A stretch of 54,387 bases of DNA from a virus (IMGVR_UViG_3300019889_000002:1-54387); one strand, 5' to 3'. Numbered from the stretch's first letter, positions 35,485 to 45,634 are shown. Numbers and translations: made by a program. Notes: generated from the sequence alone by a model not told the origin.

Positions 35485-38273
35485 CCATCACACTCACGTA
35501 CGACGAGACCCTGTCCCGCGTCGTTATCACCGGCACCGACCTACCCGACGGGGTCGTCCGTATAGAACGCAGCATCAACGGGTTGTTGTGGACGACCGTC
35601 CGCGGCGGCGCCAGTCTCCCCGTCGACGGCGGCGGGTTCCAACTCTACGACTACGAATTCATCGCCTGCGCCCAGAATTTCTACCGCGCCGGCCCCGGCA
35701 TCGTCGAAACAATCACCGCTCCCAGCACTGACCAGGTCAACGGCGACGACTGGACTGTCCCCCTGGGTGTTACTGAGCTGACATTCGAAGCGTGGGGCGG
35801 CGGCGGCCGCGCGCAAGGCAACACGCCACCGGCGTTCATCAACTCGGCCCGGCCCGGCGGAGGCGGGGCCGCCTACTCCCGGTCCAACATCCCGGTGTCC
35901 CCCGGCGAGACCCTGACCATCCGGGTCGGTGAGGGCGGCCACGACGGCGGGCAAACCGGAGACCATGATGGTGCGTCGTCGTGGATCAAACGCAACACGG
36001 CGACCCTGCTGGAAGCCGCTGGCGGCGAAGGAGCCTCCGGGCCGGCGACCCCCGGCGCCGGAGGCGATGCGGCGTTCAGTGTCGGGCAGATACGCCAATC
36101 CGGTGGCACTGGTGGGCTACGTGAATCCGATATCGGTGCTGGTGGTGGTGGCGGTGGGTCGGCGTTCGCGAACTCGAACGGCCTCGATGGTGCGCCGGGG
36201 GCTGCGGGTATCGGTGGCCTCGGTGGCGACGGGTACGGCGACGGTGGGGCCGGAGGCGCTGGGGAACCTGGTCTACGTTTGACCGGGTCCGTGGGGGCGT
36301 ATGCGTCGACCCCCGATGAGGCGTCCCTCGACATTGTCGGCGACCTGGATATTCGTGCGATGGTCGCCACAACCGATTGGACACCCGGCTCCCAGGTTGG
36401 GATCGTCTCGAAGTGGAACACCGTCGGCAACCAACGGTCGTTCTTGTTGTCGTTGATGCCGACGGGGGTCCTCCGGTTCAACTGGTCGATCAACGGGACC
36501 GCGTCACTACAGGCCGAATCGACGGTAGCCGTGGCACCGGCCAGTGGCCCGCTCGCGGTCCGGGCGACCCTCGACGTCGACAACGGTGCCGCCGGTCGGA
36601 CCGTCACGTTCTGGACTGCCCCGGCGTCACCAACGGCCATCGATTTCGGGCCATGGACTCAACTGGGTGTCCCCGTGATCACCGCCACCGTCACGTCGAT
36701 ATTCGTGTCGACCGCGCAAGTAGAGGTCGGGTCCTGGTCAACCGGGACCAGCCCGTTCACTGGGACCGCCTATGCCGCGCAGATCCGCAACGGCATCGAC
36801 GGGACCGTCGTCGCCGACCCCCACTTCTACGAACCCGCCACCGACACCCCATCGTTTGCTGACGCGACAACCAAAACGTGGACCGTCAACGGGACCGCCA
36901 GAATCATCAACGAACCCACCGCCGGTTCGCAAGGGCAAGGCCCCGGCGGTGGCGGCGGCGGGCAAGGCAACAACCAGATCTTTCAACCCGGTATCGCCCT
37001 GGGTGGTGACGGCGCGTCCGGGCAGTTGAACGTGTACAGCTGGTATGGGTACCCGTTCGACACCGCTGGTCTGTCACTACCGGGGACCGCCGGGTCGTAC
37101 GCGTCAACCCCTGACACTGCCGTCCTCGACATCGTTGGGGATATTGACCTGCGCGCCGACCTGACCCCCGACTCGTGGAACCCCGGCGTCCAGCAGGCGT
37201 TCCTGACCAAATACGACTCGTCCGTAGGGCAGCGGTCCTACTATTTCCGGATCGACACGTCCGGGCTGCTCACGTTCCTGTGGTCGGTTGACGGTGCTGC
37301 GTTCCTGACCGCCACGTCGACGGTCGTTCCCGCGCCGGGACCGGACGGGCGGCTGGCCGTGCGGGTCACCATGGACGTAGACAACGGGGTTGGGCAGCAC
37401 GACGTGAGGTTTTGGACAGCCGACACGATGGCCGGCCCGTGGACCCAGTTGGGTGCGGCGTTCCTGGGTGGCGGAGTCACCAGTATTTTCGCGGGCACTG
37501 CCGACCTGATCGTGGGTGGTCGGAACGGCGGCACGGAGGACCTGTTCGACGGTGTCGTCCATTCGGTGCAGGTCCGTACCGGGATTGATGGTGTGCAGGT
37601 TGCGAACCCTGATTTCGATGCACAGGCACCCGGCACGACGGTGTTCACTGACGCGGCGGGCCGGGAGTGGACCCTGTTCGGGGACGCCGAGATCCAAGGC
37701 TCCGCGACGTTCGAAGACTCCATCACCCCCGTGCTCGACCAGGTGTGGTTGAAGTCCATCAAATACCCGTTCCTGAACCGGCCCGTCGACTGCCCCAACT
37801 ACGGGGACAAGACCAGGACGTTCCGGGGTGGGGTGTTCGATGTGCAGGGCCGGTCGATGCCGATCGCCGTTACCGACCTGAAACGGTCGAAAGCGTGGAC
37901 CATGACGATCCTCACCCACACCCTCGAAGAAGCCCGAGACATGGACTTGATCTTGGCGGCGAACCAGGTCATGTTCGTGCACGTGCCCTGCGAAGACGTC
38001 GATGGGTGCGGCCCCGTCGCGGCGGTCCCCGGCGGGTACGTCGTCACCCTCGACACCGTCGAACACCGGACCATCGCCGGGTCCCGCACTAGAGAATGGA
38101 TACTCCCGTTGCGTGAAGTGGTGCAGCCGTCCGCGGAGATCGTCGGTGCCACCATGATCTGGCGTACCGTTTTGAATACTTATGGCAGTTGGGAAGCTCT
38201 CACAGCCAGTAACCCTACGTGGCTTGACCTGCTAAGAGATGTTGCCAGCGAAGATGCTCTAGTGGTTCTCTGA
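35481..38273 (+). CDS. Minor tail (Dit-position) protein with Gly-rich and two lectin/LamG-like domains
   Basis: Follows the TMP; WGGGG...GGGG domain; duplicated YASTPD...DIVGD domain. Confidence 0.8.
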   Translation: MTITLTYDETLSRVVITGTDLPDGVVRIERSINGLLWTTVRGGASLPVDGGGFQLYDYEFIACAQNFYRAGPGIVETITAPSTDQVNGDDWTVPLGVTELTFEAWGGGGRAQGNTPPAFINSARPGGGGAAYSRSNIPVSPGETLTIRVGEGGHDGGQTGDHDGASSWIKRNTATLLEAAGGEGASGPATPGAGGDAAFSVGQIRQSGGTGGLRESDIGAGGGGGGSAFANSNGLDGAPGAAGIGGLGGDGYGDGGAGGAGEPGLRLTGSVGAYASTPDEASLDIVGDLDIRAMVATTDWTPGSQVGIVSKWNTVGNQRSFLLSLMPTGVLRFNWSINGTASLQAESTVAVAPASGPLAVRATLDVDNGAAGRTVTFWTAPASPTAIDFGPWTQLGVPVITATVTSIFVSTAQVEVGSWSTGTSPFTGTAYAAQIRNGIDGTVVADPHFYEPATDTPSFADATTKTWTVNGTARIINEPTAGSQGQGPGGGGGGQGNNQIFQPGIALGGDGASGQLNVYSWYGYPFDTAGLSLPGTAGSYASTPDTAVLDIVGDIDLRADLTPDSWNPGVQQAFLTKYDSSVGQRSYYFRIDTSGLLTFLWSVDGAAFLTATSTVVPAPGPDGRLAVRVTMDVDNGVGQHDVRFWTADTMAGPWTQLGAAFLGGGVTSIFAGTADLIVGGRNGGTEDLFDGVVHSVQVRTGIDGVQVANPDFDAQAPGTTVFTDAAGREWTLFGDAEIQGSATFEDSITPVLDQVWLKSIKYPFLNRPVDCPNYGDKTRTFRGGVFDVQGRSMPIAVTDLKRSKAWTMTILTHTLEEARDMDLILAANQVMFVHVPCEDVDGCGPVAAVPGGYVVTLDTVEHRTIAGSRTREWILPLREVVQPSAEIVGATMIWRTVLNTYGSWEALTASNPTWLDLLRDVASEDALVVL

Positions 38274-38371
38274 TGGTGACCAGCTACTATGTACAAGACG
38301 AAACCGGCAGGTGTCTTCTCACCGGCCGGTCTCTGACCCACCTATCCGCTCTAACCGGAAAGGGGCTAGTC

Positions 38372-38947
38372 GTGAAGGCTACCCGAACCTGTTCACATCC
38401 TGATGGTTGCCCACGACCAGCAAAAGGACTAGGTCTGTGCCAAGCGCACTACATGCGGTGGTGGTCCAAAGGCAGTATCGGACCAGCAGAAATAGGAACC
38501 CAGGGGCGTCCCTTTGATGGGGGCAGGCACCCTAATTATCTTGGCGATCAGGTCGGGTATTCCGGTCTGCATATTCGGCTCCGTAAAGAGCGCGGATCAG
38601 CTGGTAACTATAAGTGCGTTCATTGTGGCGGCGATGCTAAACATTGGGCGTATGACCACACAGATCCAGCTGAACAGACAGACGAAGCATACGGTGTATA
38701 CAGCACGGACATGTCTCGATATATCCCATTGTGCGTATCATGTCACCGCGTCTTTGATGACGCCCCCGTATGCAAGCTGGGCGGGAAACGACCGCTACGA
38801 ACTCACTGCAAGCGTGGCCACGAGATGACCGCAGAAAACACGGTTTACCGTAAAGATGGTGGTCGTGGATGTAAGTCGTGCCATCGAGAGTCGTATAGGC
38901 GACGTGCAGCACAGATCAAGGAAACACTATGGCTGTTATCAACGTGA
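38372..38947 (+). CDS. HNH-type homing endonuclease-like protein
   Basis: GLCQAHY, CVHCG...WAYDH...PLCVSCH, RTHCKRGH...ENT; lower GC than its neighbours. Confidence 0.8.
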   Translation: MKATRTCSHPDGCPRPAKGLGLCQAHYMRWWSKGSIGPAEIGTQGRPFDGGRHPNYLGDQVGYSGLHIRLRKERGSAGNYKCVHCGGDAKHWAYDHTDPAEQTDEAYGVYSTDMSRYIPLCVSCHRVFDDAPVCKLGGKRPLRTHCKRGHEMTAENTVYRKDGGRGCKSCHRESYRRRAAQIKETLWLLST

Positions 38948-41343
38948 AAGTCGGTGCCGCCACACAATCGGCCGTCACCGTCGTCACCGAAGTGTCGTCG
39001 GCCGCGGTCGTCCGGGTCGCCGTCGCCACAAATCCAGCGTTGACTGGCGCGACCTATTACGGTCCGGTCACGCCCGCCACGCAAGGCGCACACTTCGTGG
39101 CCGTCGTTCCCATCAGCGACCTGAACGCCTCGACCCGGTACTACTACCAGGTGGAACACAACGCGATCCTCAACACGACGTTCCCCGGCGAGTTCATCAC
39201 CAACCCGGTCGCCAACACGCCCGCGTCGTTCACGGTGTGGATGGGCGGCGACTCCGGACTCACACCCGCCTCACCCGGTATCGGTGCCGTCCTAGCGTCC
39301 AACCGGATCTCCAACCACCCGATATCTGAGACGATCCGGTCTCGCGCCGTCACCGAGGACTGGCTGTTCGGTATTCATTTGGGTGACGAACACTATTACG
39401 ACCTCCAGTCTGGTTTGCATGGGATTGTGGGTGGCCCGTCGCTGGCGAACTACCGGCGCGCCAAATCGGATGTGCAGCTGCAAACCAATCAGCACCGGTT
39501 GAATCGTTCGTGCCCGATGATCTCCATGTACGACGACCACGACTTCCTCGCCAACGACCTCTCAGGTGTCGCTGATCCGGTCGCCGCCGCGAGGTTCGCG
39601 CAGGTGTACCGGGAACGCGAACCCCACTACCCCCTCGAAACCACCGACGGTGTCTATTTCTCGCACCTCGTCGGCCGCATCCTGTTCGTCGTCCTCGACT
39701 CCCGCTACTACGCCTCCAACAATTCGGACCCCAACGACGCCAACAAAACGATGCTCGGGACGGCACAGAAAACGTGGCTGCTGCTGACACTGGCCACCAC
39801 CAACGCGAAATTCGTGGTTATCGTCGGGTCCCGGCAGTGGACCCGCACCGGCGGCGACGACACGTGGGCCGCGTTCCCCGCCGAACGGCAAGAACTCGCC
39901 AACCTGTTCACCGGCCTCGGCATTACTGACCGGATGTGCATGGTCGCCGCCGACCGGCACGCCGTGAAACTCCTGGCGACGCAGCCGTGGGGCGGGTTCC
40001 CGTACATGCTCGCCGCACCGTTCGATGCCGACGGTGTCGCCCCCGAATACGACTACCCCGACGGGCTACCCGACGACCCCGGCAACAGCCACAGCCAATA
40101 CGGGACCCTGGCGTTCGATGACGACGGTGAACGGATCGTCGTCACCATGTCGATCTGGCGTGGCCTCGTCGAACTCGGTTCGCAGCAGATCACCGTGGAA
40201 ACCCCTGCACCGCCGGTCGTACCGTCCCGGTCGATCATGCACGCGTTGACCTCTGGTTCCCACCAGATCGCCCTCGAAGCGCGCGTCGTCACTGACTACC
40301 AGGACGGCGACGACCCCACCGGCACCGACATACCCATCATCACCGGCAGCGTGGTTCTGGATGGGACCGCCGACATTTACGGCACCATGTCCCTCGAGAC
40401 AGACGGCGACGGGATGTGGCCGCAACGCGCCGCCGACCTGCTCTCCCCCTACGGCAACGAAATTTTCGTCCGCCGCGGCGTCTACGCCGATTCCACGATC
40501 GTGTGGGTTCCGCTCGGGTATTACCGGATACAAGAAGGCAACCAACCCGACACGCCGGCCGGGCCGATCACCATCACCGGCCTCGACAGGATGGCCGGCC
40601 TCATTGACGCGAGGCTGCTCGCACCGCGCCAATATTTGGCGACCCACACCGTCCGGTTCGTGTTCGACGACCTCGTCAAAGAGATCTACCCGGCGGCGTC
40701 GATCCGGTTCGATGACCCGCTGATGGAATTCTCGGCACTCGGCCGGTCCATCGAATCCGAGGACTCGAGGTACGACCTGCTGCGTGAGATCGCCACGTCG
40801 TTCGGGAAAGTCATGTTCTGGGACACCTCCGGTGTGTTGCGGGTCGAATCGGCGCCGGACCCGTCCGAGCCGGTCTGGAATTTCATGGCCGGCCGTCGCG
40901 ACGGTGTCCTCCTGGAAGCGTCTCGATCGGTGTCGCGGGATGGTGTCTATAACGCTGTCGTGGCGACGGGTGAGGGCGCGGGCGGGGATGTCGACCCGGT
41001 GCGGGGTGTCGTGTGGGACGACAACGTCTATTCGCCGACCTATTTTTTCGGCCGGTTCAATCAGGTCCCGAAATACTATTCGTCGCCGATGATCGTCTCC
41101 CAAGTACAAGCCGTTGCCGCGGCGCGGGCGATGCTGCAACGGAACCTCGGGTTCCCGTACAACGTGTCGTTCCAGATTTCCCCGAACCCAGCGGTGCGGC
41201 CGTTCGACCCGATCAAAATCATGTTCGAAGACGGCGAGGTCAACACGCACGTCGTCGAGTCGATCACGATCCCGTTGACCAGTGATGCGGCAATGAACGG
41301 GACAACCCGCGAACAGACACAAATCTCGATAGGCGGCACCTAG
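38929..41343 (+). CDS. PhoD-like metallophosphoesterase fused to a minor tail (Tal/DUF5047-like) protein
   Basis: HLGDEHY, YDDHDF, LDSRY, MLGTAQKTWL, DRH; then GSH...LSPYGNE...VPLGYY...YNAVVATGE. Confidence 0.85.
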   Translation: MAVINVKVGAATQSAVTVVTEVSSAAVVRVAVATNPALTGATYYGPVTPATQGAHFVAVVPISDLNASTRYYYQVEHNAILNTTFPGEFITNPVANTPASFTVWMGGDSGLTPASPGIGAVLASNRISNHPISETIRSRAVTEDWLFGIHLGDEHYYDLQSGLHGIVGGPSLANYRRAKSDVQLQTNQHRLNRSCPMISMYDDHDFLANDLSGVADPVAAARFAQVYREREPHYPLETTDGVYFSHLVGRILFVVLDSRYYASNNSDPNDANKTMLGTAQKTWLLLTLATTNAKFVVIVGSRQWTRTGGDDTWAAFPAERQELANLFTGLGITDRMCMVAADRHAVKLLATQPWGGFPYMLAAPFDADGVAPEYDYPDGLPDDPGNSHSQYGTLAFDDDGERIVVTMSIWRGLVELGSQQITVETPAPPVVPSRSIMHALTSGSHQIALEARVVTDYQDGDDPTGTDIPIITGSVVLDGTADIYGTMSLETDGDGMWPQRAADLLSPYGNEIFVRRGVYADSTIVWVPLGYYRIQEGNQPDTPAGPITITGLDRMAGLIDARLLAPRQYLATHTVRFVFDDLVKEIYPAASIRFDDPLMEFSALGRSIESEDSRYDLLREIATSFGKVMFWDTSGVLRVESAPDPSEPVWNFMAGRRDGVLLEASRSVSRDGVYNAVVATGEGAGGDVDPVRGVVWDDNVYSPTYFFGRFNQVPKYYSSPMIVSQVQAVAAARAMLQRNLGFPYNVSFQISPNPAVRPFDPIKIMFEDGEVNTHVVESITIPLTSDAAMNGTTREQTQISIGGT

Positions 41344-41344
41344 C

Positions 41345-42133
41345 ATGTTTAGTGACGAGATAGCTACCCTGTTGACGCAAACCAACCAGCAGCCGCTACT
41401 GTCGGGGCTCGGCGAGCCGGGCGGTGAGGCCCGGTACGGGCAAGGAAAAATCCTGTCGTGGGACCCGACATCGTTCGAAAACCAGATCGCCTACCGGGGC
41501 GGGGTCCTGTCGAACCTGCCGGTCCTGTCCGGTCCCGACGCGTTGACGTACCGGCGCGACGATGTCGTGTCGATCATGTCGTTCTCACCGAACCGCGGGG
41601 CCACCGTGTATTGGATTATGGGTCGCGTCATCATCCCCGGACCCGGCCGGGGCGCTGAGGCCATCGAATGGATGACCGGTGAACTGGGTCGCCGTATCTC
41701 CGCGTCGGTGTTCGCCGACCGCGTCTACTTCGATGAGGTGTTCACCTCCGAAAGCGGTGCACCAATCGCTCCAACGTTCGCCGACCTGGCGACGTTCGGG
41801 CCTCAGGTTACCGACGTGGAGGTAACCGAGGCCGGGAAAATTATCGTGTTCCTGGGTTGTGGTTTTTCGATGCCTGCGGCCGGTCAGGCGTCAGGCGCTA
41901 TGTCGTTTGAATTGGACGGGCCATCCGTAGGAGTTCCTCAATACGCCAGATCTGTGCAATTGGGTACCAACGGACCGAATGCTCCACTACTGTTCGCCAG
42001 CTATACCCGGCATGAAACGTTGGATGGTCTACAACCGGGCCAATACACAGTTACCGCCAAATACAGCAGTGGCAACACCAATGGTCCGGATGTGGTTTTC
42101 ACGAACCGTGAACTCATGGTCATTGCATTCTAA
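41345..42133 (+). CDS. Minor tail protein
   Basis: QGKILSWDP...NLPVL...YWIMGR; beta-rich C-terminus. Confidence 0.7.
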   Translation: MFSDEIATLLTQTNQQPLLSGLGEPGGEARYGQGKILSWDPTSFENQIAYRGGVLSNLPVLSGPDALTYRRDDVVSIMSFSPNRGATVYWIMGRVIIPGPGRGAEAIEWMTGELGRRISASVFADRVYFDEVFTSESGAPIAPTFADLATFGPQVTDVEVTEAGKIIVFLGCGFSMPAAGQASGAMSFELDGPSVGVPQYARSVQLGTNGPNAPLLFASYTRHETLDGLQPGQYTVTAKYSSGNTNGPDVVFTNRELMVIAF

Positions 42134-42145
42134 GGAGAGACTGTT

Positions 42146-42832
42146 ATGCCGGACACGAATGTTTTTGACCTGCCGTACGAGAACCTCGGCGACGAACCTG
42201 GGCACAGTCTGCACGGCGGCCAGTTCGGTACCGAGGATATTCTGGCGATCGAGGTGGAGCGGGTCCTGATCGCCCACGCCGCCACCGATACGTCCCTGGA
42301 ATCGCGGATCGCCGCCCTCGAAGCCGGCGCCCTCATCAAGAGGTGGCAGTTGATTTCGCAAGGCACCGCGGTGGGGCCGGCGTTCACAATCCCCGTCGAA
42401 GCCGGCGTCTACTCGCAGCTGCGTCTGTCGCTGCACGGCGACCTCGACGGCGCCGGGAACGTTGAGCTCCGCGTGAACGGGGATACGACGGCTGCCCTGC
42501 ACCGGTCGGGGATGCTGGTCCGTGACGCCGCGGGTGTCTTGGACAACAACTATTTCTCGGACGCGACGCAATGGCGTCTCGCGGAATGGTCGACGGTGGA
42601 GGGGAACACGGCTGTCTGTCACATGATCCAAACCGACCTGACCGATTTCGTGTCGTTCCTGTGCACCGGCTCCCGGATTTCGTCGTCGGCGACGTCGCAC
42701 CAACTGTCGCAGTCGTGGGGCCGTTTGGTGACAGCCCGGCAGGTATCGAGTTTGAACGTGCGGCCGCAGCAGGGCGCGGGGACGCCGGGGTTCGCGTCTC
42801 TGTCGTGGTGGTTGGAGGGTCTCCCCACGTAG
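42146..42832 (+). CDS. Minor tail/fibre-like protein
   Basis: AAGGAG RBS; FDLPY N-terminus, short coiled coil, beta-rich end. Confidence 0.6.
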   Translation: MPDTNVFDLPYENLGDEPGHSLHGGQFGTEDILAIEVERVLIAHAATDTSLESRIAALEAGALIKRWQLISQGTAVGPAFTIPVEAGVYSQLRLSLHGDLDGAGNVELRVNGDTTAALHRSGMLVRDAAGVLDNNYFSDATQWRLAEWSTVEGNTAVCHMIQTDLTDFVSFLCTGSRISSSATSHQLSQSWGRLVTARQVSSLNVRPQQGAGTPGFASLSWWLEGLPT

Positions 42833-42908
42833 CCTACCGGGTAGGTGTTGCCGGTTGTGCCGGTAATGTGCCACAGTGTGTTGATCACTAACCTGCGGAG
42901 GCGGTTTC

Positions 42909-43724
42909 ATGGCTTGGCGACTGGCGCGCTCACTAGAAACCCTTCGATCCGAGATCCTGTCCCTGCACCCTGGGACAACCTTTTGGACTATCGGGGACCC
43001 TGCGCACGCTGATACGTGGAGTGATCACAACCCGAACGCGGCTGGTGTCGTATGCGCCGCCGATGTCCTAGGCGACAAGGGGTTGAACCTCGGCCAGTTC
43101 GCCGAAACGGTCCGCACATCAAACCACTCGGCGTTCAAGTACGTCATCTTCAACCGCCGCATCGCCAGTAAGGGCGGATCTTGGCAGCCGTACTACGGCG
43201 ATAACCCGCACACCACCCACGTACATGTCTCGGTCGGTACCGGCCCTGACGGCAGGTCGACTGGACCGTACGACAACACGACCCCTTGGGGTATAGGCAA
43301 AGGAGCAGACATGCCGATTACTAAAGCTGACGCAACACTCATTGCAGACACGCTGCTGGAAACCTCTTGGGCGAAACCGTCCGGGGCGACCTATTCGCGG
43401 CCGAAAACCTGGATCGTCAAAACCCGGCTGGACTCTGCCGTCAACAACTCGATCAAGGGGTGGCGCAAAGCTGACGAACTGCTAGCCGGCCAGGCCGCGA
43501 TCCTCGCCGCCGTGAAAGGCGACGACGCGCCCGCGATTCAGGCCATGGTCCGGGCCGAGCTTGACCGTGCTGCCGCGGCTGAAACGAAACTCCGCGCGGC
43601 TGAACGTGAAGCCCTCGTCGGGCCGATGGCCGCTGCTGTTGCCGCTGCTGTCGACCACACCCTGGACACCAAGGCAGTCGAACAGGCACTGCGTAACGTC
43701 CTGGGTTCCCTGGACGGCGTCTAA
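42909..43724 (+). CDS. Endolysin (M15-like Zn peptidase domain)
   Basis: IGD.AH, SDHNP, AAD, YVIFNRRI, NPHTTHVHVS. Confidence 0.8.
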   Translation: MAWRLARSLETLRSEILSLHPGTTFWTIGDPAHADTWSDHNPNAAGVVCAADVLGDKGLNLGQFAETVRTSNHSAFKYVIFNRRIASKGGSWQPYYGDNPHTTHVHVSVGTGPDGRSTGPYDNTTPWGIGKGADMPITKADATLIADTLLETSWAKPSGATYSRPKTWIVKTRLDSAVNNSIKGWRKADELLAGQAAILAAVKGDDAPAIQAMVRAELDRAAAAETKLRAAEREALVGPMAAAVAAAVDHTLDTKAVEQALRNVLGSLDGV

Positions 43725-43729
43725 CAGGT

Positions 43730-44020
43730 GTGGCCGTTGACGTTGTGGGGCGCGACGAATGGCGCGACGACCTCACCCAAATGCGCACCGACATTGCCTC
43801 CCGGCTGCCACGCGAGGTGTACACCGCCGAACAGCGGGCACTGGAATTCAGGGTGAGCACGTTGGAGAAACAGGTACCCAAACTCGCCGACGAGATCGGC
43901 GACCTGGAGAAGCGGCGTGTCGACCGGACCATCAACAAACGCCGGTACATAATCGCCAGTATTGTTCTGCCGGCTGTCGCGATCGCCGTGACCATCCTGC
44001 TGTTTGCGATCCGGCCATGA
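43730..44020 (+). CDS. Lysis-module membrane protein
   Basis: Coiled coil plus C-terminal TM helix, after the endolysin. Confidence 0.65.
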   Translation: MAVDVVGRDEWRDDLTQMRTDIASRLPREVYTAEQRALEFRVSTLEKQVPKLADEIGDLEKRRVDRTINKRRYIIASIVLPAVAIAVTILLFAIRP

Positions 44021-44658
44021 CCGGGCCAGCTAGGGAACGGTGGATCAGTTGGGGCGTGTGGCTGGCTGTCGCGGTCCTGGCTACCGCGATCGCATTCGTC
44101 GGCTACTACCTGATCAAACAGGGCGAACAGATAAATGCGTTCGCCTCTGCCCTGACGGCTGAGCAGGATGCGGCCCGGTCCCGCGGGGAAACACCCGTCG
44201 CCCCGGAGCCGTCCGAGCTGATCGAGGAACCCACCTATGAGGCGCCCGAACCCCAACCGGCGCCCGGCCCCACCGACGCTCAGGTTCTTTCCGCAGTTGC
44301 CTCGTATTTTGCCGACCATCCGGTTGAGGACGGGGAGACACCCAGCGCCGCAGCGATCGCGGCCGCCGTTTCCAACTACCTGACCGAGAACCCGCCCTCA
44401 CCTGGTGAACCCGGTCCCGGTCCGACGGCTGAGCAGGTGGCCAGCGCCGTAGAGATCTACCTGATAGCTCACCCGCCCGAACCGGGTCCACAGGGACCGG
44501 GGCCGACAGCCGAACAGGTCGCGGCGGGAATCGAAGATTACCTACTGGAACACCCCGTCGAGCTCTGCCCAGATGGGTATGAGTCGCAGGCCCACGAATT
44601 GTTGACGGCCAGCGGGGCAACCATCGAAGCGGCCGTGTGTGTCGCTGTCCCCGAATAG
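44017..44658 (+). CDS. Membrane-anchored protein with four tandem repeats
   Basis: N-terminal TM; PT.EQV..AV..YL..HP repeats; C-terminal Cys pair. Confidence 0.75.
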   Translation: MTGPARERWISWGVWLAVAVLATAIAFVGYYLIKQGEQINAFASALTAEQDAARSRGETPVAPEPSELIEEPTYEAPEPQPAPGPTDAQVLSAVASYFADHPVEDGETPSAAAIAAAVSNYLTENPPSPGEPGPGPTAEQVASAVEIYLIAHPPEPGPQGPGPTAEQVAAGIEDYLLEHPVELCPDGYESQAHELLTASGATIEAAVCVAVPE

Positions 44659-44665
44659 ACGAATA

Positions 44666-44702
44666 GCCGGGCTACTGGTGTCGTCACTGCCAGTGGCCCG
44701 GC
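44666..44702. terminator. Hairpin between the convergent arms
   Basis: GCCGGGCTACTGG...CCAGTGGCCCGGC. Confidence 0.55.
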
Positions 44703-44768
44703 CTGCGTGCTACCCGACCTGAGGCTATCAGGAGGGGCCGTGTCGCGGCCTGCGGTTCGCGACAACGT

Positions 44769-45050
44769 TCAGGTGGTGCGGTGCTTCTGGATGATGTGGG
44801 GCAGATGCTCCGTGGCCTCGGCGACCGCCTTGACGACGGTTGCTTTCGCGGCGTCCACGCCGTCGTCGGTGATACCGATACCAACGAACTCGTCCCCCAA
44901 CAGGGCATGCCCGACAGGCAGGAACAGGCGGATCACGTCACGGTATTCGGTGTTGATCGGGTCGTCGTTGTATCCGTCGCTGAGGTCGCTCAGATTGATT
45001 TGAGTGGCGTCGTCTACCAGGTCATCCCAGGTGCCGAGTATACGAATCAT
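44769..45050 (-). CDS. Hypothetical protein
   Basis: AAGGAG RBS. Confidence 0.7.
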   Translation of the reverse strand: MIRILGTWDDLVDDATQINLSDLSDGYNDDPINTEYRDVIRLFLPVGHALLGDEFVGIGITDDGVDAAKATVVKAVAEATEHLPHIIQKHRTT

Positions 45051-45069
45051 GGTGCTCCTTAGATGGGGT

Positions 45070-45093
45070 GGCCCGGCCCTGTAGGGCCGGGCC
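45070..45093. terminator. Perfect inverted repeat
   Basis: GGCCCGGCCCT-gt-AGGGCCGGGCC. Confidence 0.5.
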
Positions 45094-45099
45094 GGGTGG

Positions 45100-45588
45100 T
45101 TACGCGAGGTGGGCAAACTTGTTGGAGGTGTAGTGGTGTCCATCTTTGAAAGTGTGGTGGTTGGTCAGTACGTGCCATCCGGGATTGAGTTTGAAATCGC
45201 CTCCATCGAAGAGGTTGGGTCGGGGGTTTGTGGCGGTCCGTGCTGCTTCGTAGTCATAAATCTGGTAGGTCTTGGTGGACTTGCGTACTGTGTTGTTGCT
45301 GTCGGTGGCGAAGTTGACGCCTCCGAATCCGCTGTGGACGGTTTCGTTGGTGATTTCGATGTCTACGGTGACTGTGACGTATGCCTGCGAGGCGGCGTCG
45401 CCCCGGCGGACCAGCTGGGTTTCGTAGGTGCCGGGCAGGATTGTGTAGGTCTGGTGGTCGGCGGCGTAGGAGGTGTGGTTTTCGTGGCGTGGTTCGGATT
45501 GTTCGGTGAAGGTCACGGTGCCGATGGTTTCGCGGGTGTAGGCGCCGGGTGTGATGAAGGTCTGGGCGGTGGTTCCGGTGGTTTCCAT
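45100..45588 (-). CDS. Hypothetical protein (leaderless)
   Basis: CAATAT-N6-ATG; plausible protein composition. Confidence 0.75.
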   Translation of the reverse strand: METTGTTAQTFITPGAYTRETIGTVTFTEQSEPRHENHTSYAADHQTYTILPGTYETQLVRRGDAASQAYVTVTVDIEITNETVHSGFGGVNFATDSNNTVRKSTKTYQIYDYEAARTATNPRPNLFDGGDFKLNPGWHVLTNHHTFKDGHHYTSNKFAHLA

Positions 45589-45594
45589 ATACCC

Positions 45595-45634
45595 ATATTG
45601 ACACGGGTTTGGTGGGTGAGAGTCATACTTTCGG
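45595..45634 (-). promoter_or_regulatory. Repeated leftward promoter
   Basis: CCGAAAGT-ATGACT-N20-CAATAT. Confidence 0.6.

Noticed and set aside
36270-37710. Duplicated tail domains as a DGR template/variable repeat pair
   Set aside because: No reverse transcriptase gene; both copies are coding and diverge at all base types, not only adenines
38273-38947. HNH gene as part of a group I intron or intein
   Set aside because: Both flanking genes appear complete and no intron core or intein motifs were seen; treated as free-standing
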